Shown one piece after another: positions 16,501-26,016 of a DNA stretch of 49,677 nt. A model generated the notes under the pieces. The model made no database searches. It was not told where the DNA came from and worked only from the letters and a program-made list of their open reading frames with translations. Numbering within the stretch: the first letter of the stretch is position 1; each line of letters starts with the position of its first letter. The stretch is from an uncultured Bifidobacterium sp. (GTDB taxonomy: Bacteria; Actinomycetota; Actinomycetes; Nanopelagicales; Nanopelagicaceae): contig CAZQWU010000004.1 of assembly GCA_964597305.1 (NCBI GenBank), positions 1 through 49,677 of the forward strand, written 5' to 3'. A program made the position numbers and the translations under genes.

Positions 16501-16746
16501 CGCCCTTGATCTACCGTCCAGTAAACGGTCTCAATAGGACACGGGAAGGGTTTTAGGGTGGCAAATGGGGTGGGCTCTCGCAAATTTAAGCCCGCATAAC
16601 TGGCAATGTTTTTTAAAGTGTGAGGTTTGTGGAAAAGTAAAACTGCAGGTCAGACGGTGGAGAGTCCGATTTACACCTTTTGTAACTGTGAGATATGCCA
16701 AGCGAATTACGCGAGGCGCGAAACGCCCAAAATGTCCGAATTTTGA

Positions 16747-18090
16747 TTAGTGGAGCGGCTCTTCGAGCATCTCGGTAACGAGTGCTGCGATCTGCGAACG
16801 CTCACTTCGAGTCAAGGTGATGTGGGCAAAGAGTGGGTGGCCCTTGAGCGACTCAACAATTGCAACGACGCCATCGTGGCGGCCAACCCGAAGGTTGTCT
16901 CGCTGGGCAACATCGTGGGTCAAGACGACTCGCGAGCCTTGGCCAATACGAGAGAGCACGGTGAGGAGAACTCCTCGCTCAAGCGACTGCGCCTCATCCA
17001 CGATGACAAATGAGTCATGGAGGGATCGACCACGAATATGCGTTAGTGGAAGTACCTCGATTAACCCTCGATCCAAAATTTCCTCAATGACCTGCGGACT
17101 CACCAAAGCGCCAAGCGTGTCAAAAACAGCTTGCGCCCACGGCGACATTTTTTCACCTTCGGTACCTGGCAAGTAGCCCAACTCTTGTCCGCCAACCGGA
17201 TAGAGCGGTCGGAAGACCACAACTTTTTTATGCGCCCGTTTCTCCATCACTGCCTCTAAACCAGCGCAGAGCGCAAGCGCGGACTTTCCAGTTCCCGCTC
17301 TTCCGCCGAGCGAAACAATCCCGACTGTTTCATCAAGGAGAAGATCGAGCGCTACTCGTTGTTCGGCGCTACGACCATGAAGTCCAAAGGCTGAACGATC
17401 ACCGCGAACTAATTGCAATTTTTTATCGTGGGTAACGCGTGCCAATGCGCTTCCCTTTTCGGAGTGGAGAACGATTCCGGTATGGCATGGAAAGTCCTTC
17501 GCAATCTCATGATCGACGCGTTCTTGCGCATACAGCGAATCAATCACTGAACCTGCGACTGTCTCCTCTTCCATTCCAGTCCACCCGGTGTTGGGAACAA
17601 GTTCGGCTCGATATTCCTCAGCAACTATTCCCATCGATGATGCTTTAACGCGAAGAGGTAAATCTTTTGTCACCAATACAACATGTTTTCCATCTGCTGA
17701 GAGATTGCGGGCTACCGCCAAAATCCGAGAATCATTAGTTCCGTCGCGGAAAAACCCGGCCGGCAATGACGAAGTATCGGTGTGATTAAGTTCGACCGAG
17801 AGCGTTCCGCCATCTTCGGTGATCGGCAACGGTTGATCAAGGCGACCATGGCGTATACGTAAATCATCCAGAGTGCGTAAGGCCGATCGCGCAAAAAACC
17901 CCAATTCTGGATGGTCGCGCTTATTTTCTAACTCTCCAACCACTGCAATGGGAATGACAACTTCATGTTCTGCAAATCGAAATAGCGCTGAAGGATCTGC
18001 TAAAAGCACGCTGGTATCAATGACATATGTCTTCAACGCAGTATCTGCGTTATGACCATCTTGCGAGGTCTTCAGTCGGGCTCTGCCCAC
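16747..18090 (-). CDS. phoH2: PhoH2: N-terminal PIN domain fused to a PhoH-like ATPase
   Basis: PIN ([12 protein letters not shown]), Walker [13 protein letters not shown], and DEAQS. The start is uncertain (see findings). Confidence 0.85.
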   Translation of the reverse strand: MGRARLKTSQDGHNADTALKTYVIDTSVLLADPSALFRFAEHEVVIPIAVVGELENKRDHPELGFFARSALRTLDDLRIRHGRLDQPLPITEDGGTLSVELNHTDTSSLPAGFFRDGTNDSRILAVARNLSADGKHVVLVTKDLPLRVKASSMGIVAEEYRAELVPNTGWTGMEEETVAGSVIDSLYAQERVDHEIAKDFPCHTGIVLHSEKGSALARVTHDKKLQLVRGDRSAFGLHGRSAEQRVALDLLLDETVGIVSLGGRAGTGKSALALCAGLEAVMEKRAHKKVVVFRPLYPVGGQELGYLPGTEGEKMSPWAQAVFDTLGALVSPQVIEEILDRGLIEVLPLTHIRGRSLHDSFVIVDEAQSLERGVLLTVLSRIGQGSRVVLTHDVAQRDNLRVGRHDGVVAIVESLKGHPLFAHITLTRSERSQIAALVTEMLEEPLH

Positions 18091-18230
18091 TGCTTTTTGA
18101 GTTGTAATCGGGCCTTCTCCTACGCGTTAACGTTGAAACGGGCTGGTGGATATGGGGTAAAAGGTAAATCCACCGGCGATACGGAAAGGTGCGACACGCG
18201 ATGGCAAAAAGTAAAACTTTGATTACGGTT

Positions 18231-19013
18231 TTACGCTCCGAAGCGGCGCTCCCGAATGGAATATGCTCGCAGAGCACGGAGAAAATCAACTTTTCGAAAA
18301 TCTGGCCAATAGGCTTCACAAAAATAAAACTCAGAGTGAGCGCTCTGCCAGAGGAGGAATCCTCCGAGCCGTTGCTCACCAGATGTACGTATCACTAACT
18401 CCGGATCAGGTTGGCCAGCGGTGTAGAGATTCTTGCTGATCTCCTCGATAGAAATTTCGTCGGCAATTTCAATCGCGCTCTTACCAGACTTTGCAGATTC
18501 CAGAATTACATTCTTCACCGCATCAACTATCTCTTTTCGACCACCATAACCAATGGCAACATTGACGACTACCCCATTGATGCCCTTACTTTTTGCTGCA
18601 ACATTTAATAATGAGTCGCGAAGATCGCTCGGCAACAACTCAAGTGAGCCAACTGGTCGAACTTCCCATCGACCTAACGAACCCAATTCTGTGACGGTAT
18701 CACCAATAATCTCAAGTAATGGATGGAGTTCTGAAGCAGGTCGTTTCAAATTATCGCTTGATAGTAACCAAAGGGTGACAACTTTGATATTAACTTCCTC
18801 GCACCAATCTAAGAGCGCTACGATTTTTTCAGCACCAGCTCGATGGCCACGTGATGTTGAAATATCACCATCTGCTGTGGGATTTGCTTTCGCCCAGCGT
18901 CGATTGCCATCCAATATGACGCCAATATGAAGCGGGGTCTTCGTAAGGTCAAGCGAACGCAACAAACGTCGCTCATAGAGCGGATAGAGCAATGACTTAA
19001 TTAATCTCTTCAC
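18231..19013 (-). CDS. isoprenyl transferase (cis-prenyl diphosphate synthase, UppS family)
   Basis: HIGVILDGNRRWA and RTSGEQRLGGFLLWQSAHSEFYF. Its position near phoH2 and greA matches the short-chain Z-prenyl synthase locus of mycobacteria. Confidence 0.85.
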   Translation of the reverse strand: MKRLIKSLLYPLYERRLLRSLDLTKTPLHIGVILDGNRRWAKANPTADGDISTSRGHRAGAEKIVALLDWCEEVNIKVVTLWLLSSDNLKRPASELHPLLEIIGDTVTELGSLGRWEVRPVGSLELLPSDLRDSLLNVAAKSKGINGVVVNVAIGYGGRKEIVDAVKNVILESAKSGKSAIEIADEISIEEISKNLYTAGQPDPELVIRTSGEQRLGGFLLWQSAHSEFYFCEAYWPDFRKVDFLRALRAYSIRERRFGA

Positions 19014-19333
19014 TGATGTTCTTTAACCGCGCGCCGTTCTGCGACAAAAGAGGCAATGGGCAGTGTCCCTGCGAGAATAAAACCGATCATTTTTCCCACC
19101 GAATACCGGGCTTTTACTGCGAGGTGGAGCGCGGTAAAGACATAAAAGGGATATGTGTAGCCATGAACTAACGGGATCCACACAACCTTTTCATGCCAAC
19201 TTTCGCTGCCAAAGAGAACAACCGGCATGTCAACAAACCATAAGAGAAGTGACATTGTTCCGGAGACAATCGCCATGAAACGAAATCTGTTGAGCGCGCC
19301 ACCTAACTCAACGGGGTTTCCTGAATTAACCAT
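19010..19333 (-). CDS. DUF3817-like small membrane protein
   Basis: 107 aa with three TM helices and an N-terminal ALNRFRFMAIVSG pattern. Overlaps both neighbours by 4 to 8 nt. Confidence 0.6.
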   Translation of the reverse strand: MVNSGNPVELGGALNRFRFMAIVSGTMSLLLWFVDMPVVLFGSESWHEKVVWIPLVHGYTYPFYVFTALHLAVKARYSVGKMIGFILAGTLPIASFVAERRAVKEHQ

Positions 19334-20042
19334 TACGTGACCTCTCGTGAAATCGTTGGTAGAACGGTAGAAAAAGTACTACGACTGCAGCAAGCCACCA
19401 TATGGCGACATAGGCAATATGTTGCCAATAAAAGCCTGGAATGGTGGGTTTAGCCTGAGAATCCTTGATGTAACGAAGTGGACTTTTTTTCCCATCGATT
19501 TTCTCACTCTGCACCAATACAAATCCATCGAAGAGCGCAAGATCTGTATCCCGGATGATGAGCGCGCTATCGATCCGAGAAAGTACGCCGGGCGATGGCT
19601 CGCTCCGATCGTCATATTGCCTCGGCATTAACCGACCAATCACTTCAACATCTCCCTCGGGTACTTGTTCAGGTGTGGAATCTGCCGGAATAATTTCACG
19701 AGCAATAAGAATTGCACCAACATCGGGAATCTCTAATAAGCCAATCGACCATGTTTCACGTTGCTGTGTGGGAGATATCTGGCCCGGTGCACGATACGAC
19801 GCAACATAATGTCCGTGTAAATGAACTCGACGATTGACCGAGTTACCAGAGAGATTCGTGCCAGGTTGGGCAACATCAAGTAGCGCCACAATAGGTTTTT
19901 CTGGTTGAAGAGTTTGAAGTTTTTTTAATTCTTCGGCGCGGTCGAGTTGCCACATTCCCAATCGAAGAAACGCTACGAAGAGAATGGCAATTGCAATGGC
20001 ACCAAGTATGAGCTCCCCGCGCGAGCGGTTGACGGTAGTCAC
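19326..20042 (-). CDS. SURF1-family membrane protein
   Basis: RLGMWQLDRAEE after the first TM, with a second TM at the C-terminus. I prefer GTG at 20042 (just before the first TM) over the ORF-track ATG at 20144, whose extra 34 aa look non-coding. Confidence 0.65.
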   Translation of the reverse strand: MTTVNRSRGELILGAIAIAILFVAFLRLGMWQLDRAEELKKLQTLQPEKPIVALLDVAQPGTNLSGNSVNRRVHLHGHYVASYRAPGQISPTQQRETWSIGLLEIPDVGAILIAREIIPADSTPEQVPEGDVEVIGRLMPRQYDDRSEPSPGVLSRIDSALIIRDTDLALFDGFVLVQSEKIDGKKSPLRYIKDSQAKPTIPGFYWQHIAYVAIWWLAAVVVLFLPFYQRFHERSRNG

Positions 20043-20219
20043 TTTTTCAACATTCTCATTACAGTCGAAATTAATCTTCCGATTCGTTTTTACGTTGCAC
20101 CATTCGTTTATATCTACTGTAAAAACTGAGAAATAGCAGGCCACTGCCTACGATGAGCACAAGCACAATGACACCACCGATGGTGCTCGTTGACGTGATA
20201 TTCATGTAAGAATCTTCCC

Positions 20220-20702
20220 ATGTCGAGATTTAAAGTGACAGACAATGCCAGTGGCAAGCCCGGTATCTGGCGAGAGCGTTTTCCGCACCATGAATTCTCC
20301 GCAGACGATATTGCATACCTCAACCAACGCTATGGTGGAGCTAATTTCCGATGGCAAATTCCCGGGACTTTGTTTGGACTCATGGCCCTTATCTGGTTGA
20401 TATGGATTGCTTTCTCTCACGCCAACCCTGAAATTCGCTATTCCCTCCTCTCTTTTGCTCCCTCACCCATTTCTGAATCTGCCATCAAAAACACATATGC
20501 CATTGACATTCGATATGAAATACAGCGACGCCATCCAGATCGAGAAATTTCATGTCAACTAATCGCCCGCGATATTGATAAAAATGTGGTGGGTGAAATT
20601 ATTGACCGCATTCCAGCATCGACTCAGAATCGGCTCATTCGAACAGTCGAAATTCCAGCCCGGATTACGCCAGTAAATGCTGCGGTCATTGACTGTCGCT
20701 AA
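20220..20702 (+). CDS. DUF4307-like single-pass membrane protein
   Basis: 160 aa with one TM (LFGLMALIWLIWIAF) and a beta-rich ectodomain. Sits immediately upstream of greA, as in other actinobacteria. Confidence 0.55.
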   Translation: MSRFKVTDNASGKPGIWRERFPHHEFSADDIAYLNQRYGGANFRWQIPGTLFGLMALIWLIWIAFSHANPEIRYSLLSFAPSPISESAIKNTYAIDIRYEIQRRHPDREISCQLIARDIDKNVVGEIIDRIPASTQNRLIRTVEIPARITPVNAAVIDCR

Positions 20703-20746
20703 CTCCATTTTCACTCTCGCAGAAAGATTAAGTACGGTATCCCACT

Positions 20747-21235
20747 ATGGCTGCCGATAAAACGACACAAACGTGGCTCACTCAAGAGGCTGCAGATCGC
20801 TTGAGCGCTGAGTTGGCGCATCTGGAAGGTGCTGGCCGAAGTGAGATCGTGAAGAAGATTGAGGCAGCGCGCGCTGAAGGCGATTTAAAAGAGAACGGTG
20901 GATATCACGCTGCCAAAGAAGAGCAAGGAAAAATGGAAGCGCGGATTCGACAACTACGCCACATGCTCGAACATGCCATTATCGGTGAACCGCCAGCAAG
21001 TGAATCTGGCGTGGTTGGTCTCGGTATGAAAATTACCGTTGATATTGCCGGCGACGAAATGCAATTTCTTTTAGGTTCTCGCGAGATTGCCTCAGGTGAT
21101 CTTGATGTGTATAGTGAAAAATCTCCACTTGGGGCAGCAGTGTTTGGTGCCAAAATTGGCGAAACAGTTACCTACACAGCACCAAACGGAAAGACAATTT
21201 CGGTTGCCATACTCGAGGCAGAGTTTCTCGCGTAA
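20747..21235 (+). CDS. greA: transcription elongation factor GreA
   Basis: N-terminal coiled coil (LTQEAADRLSAELAHLEG...AEGDLKENGGYHAAKEEQ) and a C-terminal FKBP-like domain (SPLGAAVFGAKIGETVTY). Confidence 0.9.
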   Translation: MAADKTTQTWLTQEAADRLSAELAHLEGAGRSEIVKKIEAARAEGDLKENGGYHAAKEEQGKMEARIRQLRHMLEHAIIGEPPASESGVVGLGMKITVDIAGDEMQFLLGSREIASGDLDVYSEKSPLGAAVFGAKIGETVTYTAPNGKTISVAILEAEFLA

Positions 21236-21252
21236 ATGTTTCTCGCGTAATT

Positions 21253-22044
21253 TTAGCGAGAACTGTTTTTATATTTTCGGACGCTGATGGGCACGAAAAT
21301 TGCCATGATCAACACCATATAAAAAATTGATGTAGTCAATGGATGTTCCGAAGGAAACGAACCAGCGGTAGCGCCGAATTTATTTTCTAAGCCGAAGAGT
21401 TCTCGACAAGCAGCCACCATCGTTGAGACAGGATTCCATTCAGCAAAATATTGAAGCGGCCGCGGCATGCCCGTCGTTGGCGCAAATGCATTTGATAAAA
21501 ATGTCATGGGAAAGGTAACAAGAAAGCTGACATTCTGAACTACGCGGGCATCGCGAACTGCAAGTCCGGTGTAAATCCCAATCCAGGAGAGCGCATAGCC
21601 AAAAAAGAGCAAGAAAATAAACGCAAGCGTAATTTTCGCAACTCCTGATGTTGGTCGCCAACCAACAATGTATCCAGCCAGCCCCATCACAAAGAGCACC
21701 AATATATTTAAGAGCGCATCGCCCAAGGTTCGCCCAATAACCAACGCAGAACGCGCGATAGGCAACGACCGGAACCGATCTATCAAGCCCTTTTTCATAT
21801 CCTCAGCAAGGCCAGATGCAGTACTCGCTAATGTGAAAGCGACCGTTTGTACAAAAATTCCTGGCATCAATAACTGGACATACCCGCCTGGTTGGCCAGT
21901 CTCAATCGAGCCACCGAAGACATATCGAAAGAGTAAGACAAACATCACCGGTTGAATCGTTGAGAAAATCAGTACTTCAGGAACTCGAGTTAATTGAAGT
22001 AACTGTCGCTTGGTAATGATCCACGAATCTGTAATGAGTCTCAT
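21253..22044 (-). CDS. ABC-2 type exporter permease
   Basis: 263 aa with six TM helices. Overlaps the upstream ATPase gene by 4 nt (ATGA). Confidence 0.8.
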   Translation of the reverse strand: MRLITDSWIITKRQLLQLTRVPEVLIFSTIQPVMFVLLFRYVFGGSIETGQPGGYVQLLMPGIFVQTVAFTLASTASGLAEDMKKGLIDRFRSLPIARSALVIGRTLGDALLNILVLFVMGLAGYIVGWRPTSGVAKITLAFIFLLFFGYALSWIGIYTGLAVRDARVVQNVSFLVTFPMTFLSNAFAPTTGMPRPLQYFAEWNPVSTMVAACRELFGLENKFGATAGSFPSEHPLTTSIFYMVLIMAIFVPISVRKYKNSSR

Positions 22045-23048
22045 CGCGAACCTCGCTTTCGCTTTCTGCCAACCGCGCTTGGTTCAGAAACACCTTCAAC
22101 TTCGGCAACATGCCCCGTTAGTGCAAGAAATACATCGTCGAGGGAAGGTCGTTTTAGCCCAATATCAAGTGGATGAATTTTCTCGGCATCAAATGCGCGC
22201 AGCGCTTCAATTAATGCCACAGAACCAGTTGTCACAGGTGCAGAAATTTTACGCAATCCATCATCAATGGAGATTTTTGCACCACTAATTTTCTCAATAA
22301 TGTTGGCTGTTGTTGCCAGGTGGACGTGTTCCACCACAATCTCGAGTCTCTCTCCCCCTACTTGTCGTTTCAATTGGTCAGAGGTACCACGAGCAATAAC
22401 ATGGCCATGATCAATAACAGCAATGTCGTCAGCAAGTTGATCTGCTTCTTCTAAATATTGAGTTGTCAGGAGAAGTGTCACGCCACCTTTGACGAGCTCT
22501 TCAATGACACCCCACATATCTTGTCTGCCACGGGGATCTAGCCCAGTCGTTGGTTCATCGAGGAAGAGAACTTTTGGTTTCACAATCAAAGACGCAGCCA
22601 GATCCAGTCTGCGCCTCATTCCACCGGAGTAAGTTTTTATCGGACGTTTTGCAGCATCAGTTAAAGAAAATCGTTCAAGTAATTCGTTTGCTCGTTGTAT
22701 CGCTGACTTTTTACCCAGGTGATAGAGCTGACCAAACATCACCAAGTTATCCCACCCTGTGAGCGTTTCATCGACTGCGGCATATTGGCCAGAGAGTCCA
22801 ATAATCTCTCGCACTTTGTCAGGATGTTTCACAACATCAATTCCGGCAACGCTAGCCGTGCCTGAGTCAGGTGCAAGTAAGGTGGCAAGAATTCGTACAG
22901 TGGTTGTTTTCCCTGCGCCATTGGGACCAAGTACGCCCAAAACTGTGCCTTCTTCGACATCTAATGAGAGACCGTCGAGCGCACGTACTGATCCTTTGTC
23001 GTAGGTTTTTACCAATTCATGCGCGATGACGCTCTTCATGTGATCCAT
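22041..23048 (-). CDS. ABC transporter ATP-binding protein (DrrA-like)
   Basis: Walker A GPNGAGKTT, signature YSGGMRRRL, Walker B VLFLDEPTTGLD, plus a C-terminal extension. A TATAAT hexamer (23094..23089 on the minus strand) lies about 40 nt upstream. Confidence 0.85.
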   Translation of the reverse strand: MDHMKSVIAHELVKTYDKGSVRALDGLSLDVEEGTVLGVLGPNGAGKTTTVRILATLLAPDSGTASVAGIDVVKHPDKVREIIGLSGQYAAVDETLTGWDNLVMFGQLYHLGKKSAIQRANELLERFSLTDAAKRPIKTYSGGMRRRLDLAASLIVKPKVLFLDEPTTGLDPRGRQDMWGVIEELVKGGVTLLLTTQYLEEADQLADDIAVIDHGHVIARGTSDQLKRQVGGERLEIVVEHVHLATTANIIEKISGAKISIDDGLRKISAPVTTGSVALIEALRAFDAEKIHPLDIGLKRPSLDDVFLALTGHVAEVEGVSEPSAVGRKRKRGSR

Positions 23049-23163
23049 TTCTTACTGAGAGTTGCATTAGATGGAGGTTTAAACGGGAATTATAAAGGGT
23101 GCAGGAGTACTCTAACGGTTGAATTTTCAATAAAAATCTCTGAAGGATCGAGAAAGGCTCACC

Positions 23164-24759
23164 ATGTCAAAAAATCATGCACCGCTCACTCATAAAGAAA
23201 TCATGGTGGTTCTGAGTGGATTAATGACCGGCATGCTCCTTGCAGCGCTCGATCAAACGATCGTATCTACCGCCCTCAAAAGAATTGTTGAAGATTTCAA
23301 TGGCCTTAATCATTACACCTGGGTTGTTACCGCTTACATTCTTACGTCAACTGCATCAACGCCGCTCTACGGAAAAGTTTCAGATTTGTATGGTCGACGC
23401 CCGGTGTATCAATTTGCCATTGTGACATTTTTAATTGGTTCACTTTTGGCGGGTGCCTCCCAAAACATGGGACAACTCATTGCAACCCGCGCACTGCAAG
23501 GACTAGGCGCAGGTGGGTTAATGGCGCTGACATTCGTCATTATCGGTGACATCGTTGCGCCACGAGATCGCGGTAAGTATCAGGGTTATTTCGGTGCTGT
23601 CTGGGGACTTTCCTCAGTAGCTGGACCACTCTTAGGTGGATTCTTCTCGGATCATAATTCGATCCTTGGTATTACTGGCTGGCGATGGATTTTCTATATC
23701 AATCTCCCTTTTGGAATTCTTGCGATGGTAATTACTGGAATCGTTCTCCACATTCCCAAAGTTAAACGTGAACACAAAGTTGATTATTTTGGAGCGCTTC
23801 TGCTTGTTGTCGCCGTCGTTTCAATTTTGCTTGGACTTTCTGTTTACGGCCCAGAAAAGGGATGGACGAACTCCTTTACCTTGTTAATTCTCTTTATCGG
23901 CGTGCTTTTTACCATTTTCTTTCTCGTCTGGGAACGTACTGCCGTCGAACCAATTATTCCGCTGACGCTCTTTCAAAATCACACCTTCTCATTAACATCA
24001 ATACTCGGATTCATTGTTGGCGCAGGCATGTTTGGCGCCATTGTGATGTTGCCGCTTTATCTCCAGGTCGTCAAAGGCAATAGTGCAACTGAATCAGGCC
24101 TGAAATTGATTCCCTTGATGCTTGGCATCGTATCCATGACCATTACGAGTGGTCGAATCATTTCCAAGACAGGTAAATATAAAAAATTCCCCATTATTGG
24201 AACACTATTGATGTCTGCCGGATTGCTATTAATGACTCAGCTAGGAATCGAAACTCCTTATTGGCAACTCTCCATTTTTGCCATCATTGTTGGTATGGGG
24301 CTTGGTTTGTCGATGCAGACGTTGGTCATTGCGTTACAAAATGATATTGATTTCAAAGATCTTGGGGTGGCAACGAGTGGAAACACATTCTTCCGATCTC
24401 TTGGTGGCGCATTTGGAACGGCGATATTTGGCACTATCCTGACAAATCAAGTCACGCATAATATGAAGGATGGTTTTGCAGCGTTTGCACAAAAGAATCC
24501 GAATGCAGCAACCGCGGTCGATCCCAATGCCATTAGCGCTTTGACGAGTAATACCTCAGGAATTGCGCAATTGCCAGAAGCTGTCAAAATGATTGTTTTG
24601 ACTGCTTTCACCGATGCTTTCCATGTCGTCTTTATTTCGGCAGCACCAGTTACGTTATTAGGGTGCTTCGTTGCATTCTTCTTACGAGAGAAACCATTGC
24701 AATCCGGCGCCGAACATGCCAGTGCGCGGAAAGAAGCTGCTGGCGAAGCGATTGGGTAA
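23164..24759 (+). CDS. MFS transporter, DHA2 (EmrB/QacA-like, 14 TM) drug:H+ antiporter family
   Basis: 531 aa with about 14 TM segments. [11 protein letters not shown] motif and [10 protein letters not shown]. Confidence 0.8.
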   Translation: MSKNHAPLTHKEIMVVLSGLMTGMLLAALDQTIVSTALKRIVEDFNGLNHYTWVVTAYILTSTASTPLYGKVSDLYGRRPVYQFAIVTFLIGSLLAGASQNMGQLIATRALQGLGAGGLMALTFVIIGDIVAPRDRGKYQGYFGAVWGLSSVAGPLLGGFFSDHNSILGITGWRWIFYINLPFGILAMVITGIVLHIPKVKREHKVDYFGALLLVVAVVSILLGLSVYGPEKGWTNSFTLLILFIGVLFTIFFLVWERTAVEPIIPLTLFQNHTFSLTSILGFIVGAGMFGAIVMLPLYLQVVKGNSATESGLKLIPLMLGIVSMTITSGRIISKTGKYKKFPIIGTLLMSAGLLLMTQLGIETPYWQLSIFAIIVGMGLGLSMQTLVIALQNDIDFKDLGVATSGNTFFRSLGGAFGTAIFGTILTNQVTHNMKDGFAAFAQKNPNAATAVDPNAISALTSNTSGIAQLPEAVKMIVLTAFTDAFHVVFISAAPVTLLGCFVAFFLREKPLQSGAEHASARKEAAGEAIG

Positions 24760-26004
24760 GTGTTTAAAAAGTTTCGCTCGCCATTTGTCGATTTGCCGCG
24801 GGAAGTCGCGGTAATAACGGCCGTATCGTTTTTTGTTGCCTTGGGGTTTGGCCTCATCATTCCTGCCATACCAATTTTCGCTAAATCATTCGGCGTCAGC
24901 AATGCAGCGATCGGCCTCGTTATCTCAATGTTTGCCATCACTCGCCTTGCATCAGGTCTAGTTTCAGGAAAATTCGTTGAGCGTTTTGGTGAACGCACCA
25001 CGCTCGGCGCAGGGCTATTTATGGTGGCTTTTTTTGTTTTTCTTACCGGACTTGCACGCAGTTATGAGCAATTACTTTTCTTACGCGCTGCTGGCGGACT
25101 CGGTTCTTCCATGTTCTCAGTTGCTTCGAGCTCACTTGTCATACGTATGACCAGTGATGATCAACGAGGTCGCGCGCAATCGGTAACCACAGGTGGGTTT
25201 CTCATCGGAGGAATCGCAGGTCCTGCATTTGGTGGCGCGCTGATCGCGTTCTCGCCACGCGCGCCCTTTTTTATTTACTCAATAACTCTCTCTATCGCCG
25301 GACTAGTAGGACTTATTTTTCTTGCGGAAAATCGAGGAGGGAAAAAGCCTGAGCCAACTCATCGTGTACCGGCAACGACAATAAAAGAAGCGTTCAAAAT
25401 AAAAGCATTCCGATATGCACTCATCATGACATTTTTAACGAGTTGGATTCTCTTTGGAGTTCGCTCGTCAATTTTGCCACTGTATGTGATTCAAGATCTC
25501 GGTGGTACGACAACAATTGTCGGAATTGGATTTACTGTTGGCGCATTAGCCCAAGGACTTATTTTAATTCGCGCAGGAAGATTTTCGGATAATGCAGGGA
25601 GAAAACGAGCGCTCTCAGTGGGATTTATTTTTATCGCCGCCGGAATTTCCACATTGATCCTCGCACAATCGCGTTGGCTCTACCTACTTGCCATGGTCTT
25701 ATTGGGAATTGGTGGCGCGTACGGAAATACTGGAGCAGCACTCGTTGGAGATGTCATCAAAGGTCGAAGTGGCCGAGTCATTGCCGTTTTTCAGATGGCT
25801 GGTGATGCCGGAATGATGGTGGGACCAATCTTGCTCGGATTTATATCCGATATCTCAACCTATCGCATGGCTCTCATTGTTTCCGCACTTGCATTTTCTA
25901 TTGCACTTTTTGTCTTACTCGACCTACCCGAGACTCGAAACTTTGACGATAAAGAGAAAAAGAAAAGCGGCTCTTCACCATTGTTAGGCGAAGAGCCGCT
26001 TTAA
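24760..26004 (+). CDS. MFS transporter (12 TM)
   Basis: 414 aa. GKFVERFGERT motif. The GTG start directly abuts the previous stop (TAAGTG). Confidence 0.75.
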   Translation: MFKKFRSPFVDLPREVAVITAVSFFVALGFGLIIPAIPIFAKSFGVSNAAIGLVISMFAITRLASGLVSGKFVERFGERTTLGAGLFMVAFFVFLTGLARSYEQLLFLRAAGGLGSSMFSVASSSLVIRMTSDDQRGRAQSVTTGGFLIGGIAGPAFGGALIAFSPRAPFFIYSITLSIAGLVGLIFLAENRGGKKPEPTHRVPATTIKEAFKIKAFRYALIMTFLTSWILFGVRSSILPLYVIQDLGGTTTIVGIGFTVGALAQGLILIRAGRFSDNAGRKRALSVGFIFIAAGISTLILAQSRWLYLLAMVLLGIGGAYGNTGAALVGDVIKGRSGRVIAVFQMAGDAGMMVGPILLGFISDISTYRMALIVSALAFSIALFVLLDLPETRNFDDKEKKKSGSSPLLGEEPL

Positions 26005-26016
26005 TGAATCGTTTGC

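Noticed and set aside
16407-16746. RNase P RNA, SRP RNA or tmRNA in the 340-nt gap (GGAGAGUCCG resembles the RNase P GGAAAGUCCG; CAGGUCAGAC resembles an SRP motif)
   Set aside because: The other universally conserved blocks of these RNAs are absent: the RNase P P4/J11-12 sequences, the SRP GGAA/AGCA tetraloop region, and the tmRNA tRNA-like ends. A perfect tandem repeat also occupies a fifth of the region.
16565-16750. 61-aa plus-strand ORF (MGWALANLSPHNWQCFLKCEVCGK...) with an AGGGTGG SD-like sequence, inside the transglycosylase leader region
   Set aside because: The composition is Arg/Trp/Cys-rich and looks like non-coding sequence read in frame. It overlaps the phoH2 stop and I recognise no family. 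I kept it only as something ribosome profiling could overturn.
18120-18197. 25-codon ORF (GTG...TAG) upstream of phoH2, considered as a phoAT-like small antitoxin gene
   Set aside because: It has no SD and no recognisable motif, and I cannot test conservation. The mycobacterial precedent alone is not evidence here.
24447-25001. 184-aa ORF antisense to the junction of the two MFS genes, the longest unassigned ORF in the track
   Set aside because: It lies entirely inside two well-supported transporter genes on the other strand. It has no SD, and its composition is the low-complexity Ala/Thr/Lys/Asn typical of a shadow frame. The same reasoning applies to 16817-17176, 18553-18930, 39970-40326, 42176-42517, 26107-26469, 13222-13551 and 9637-9957.
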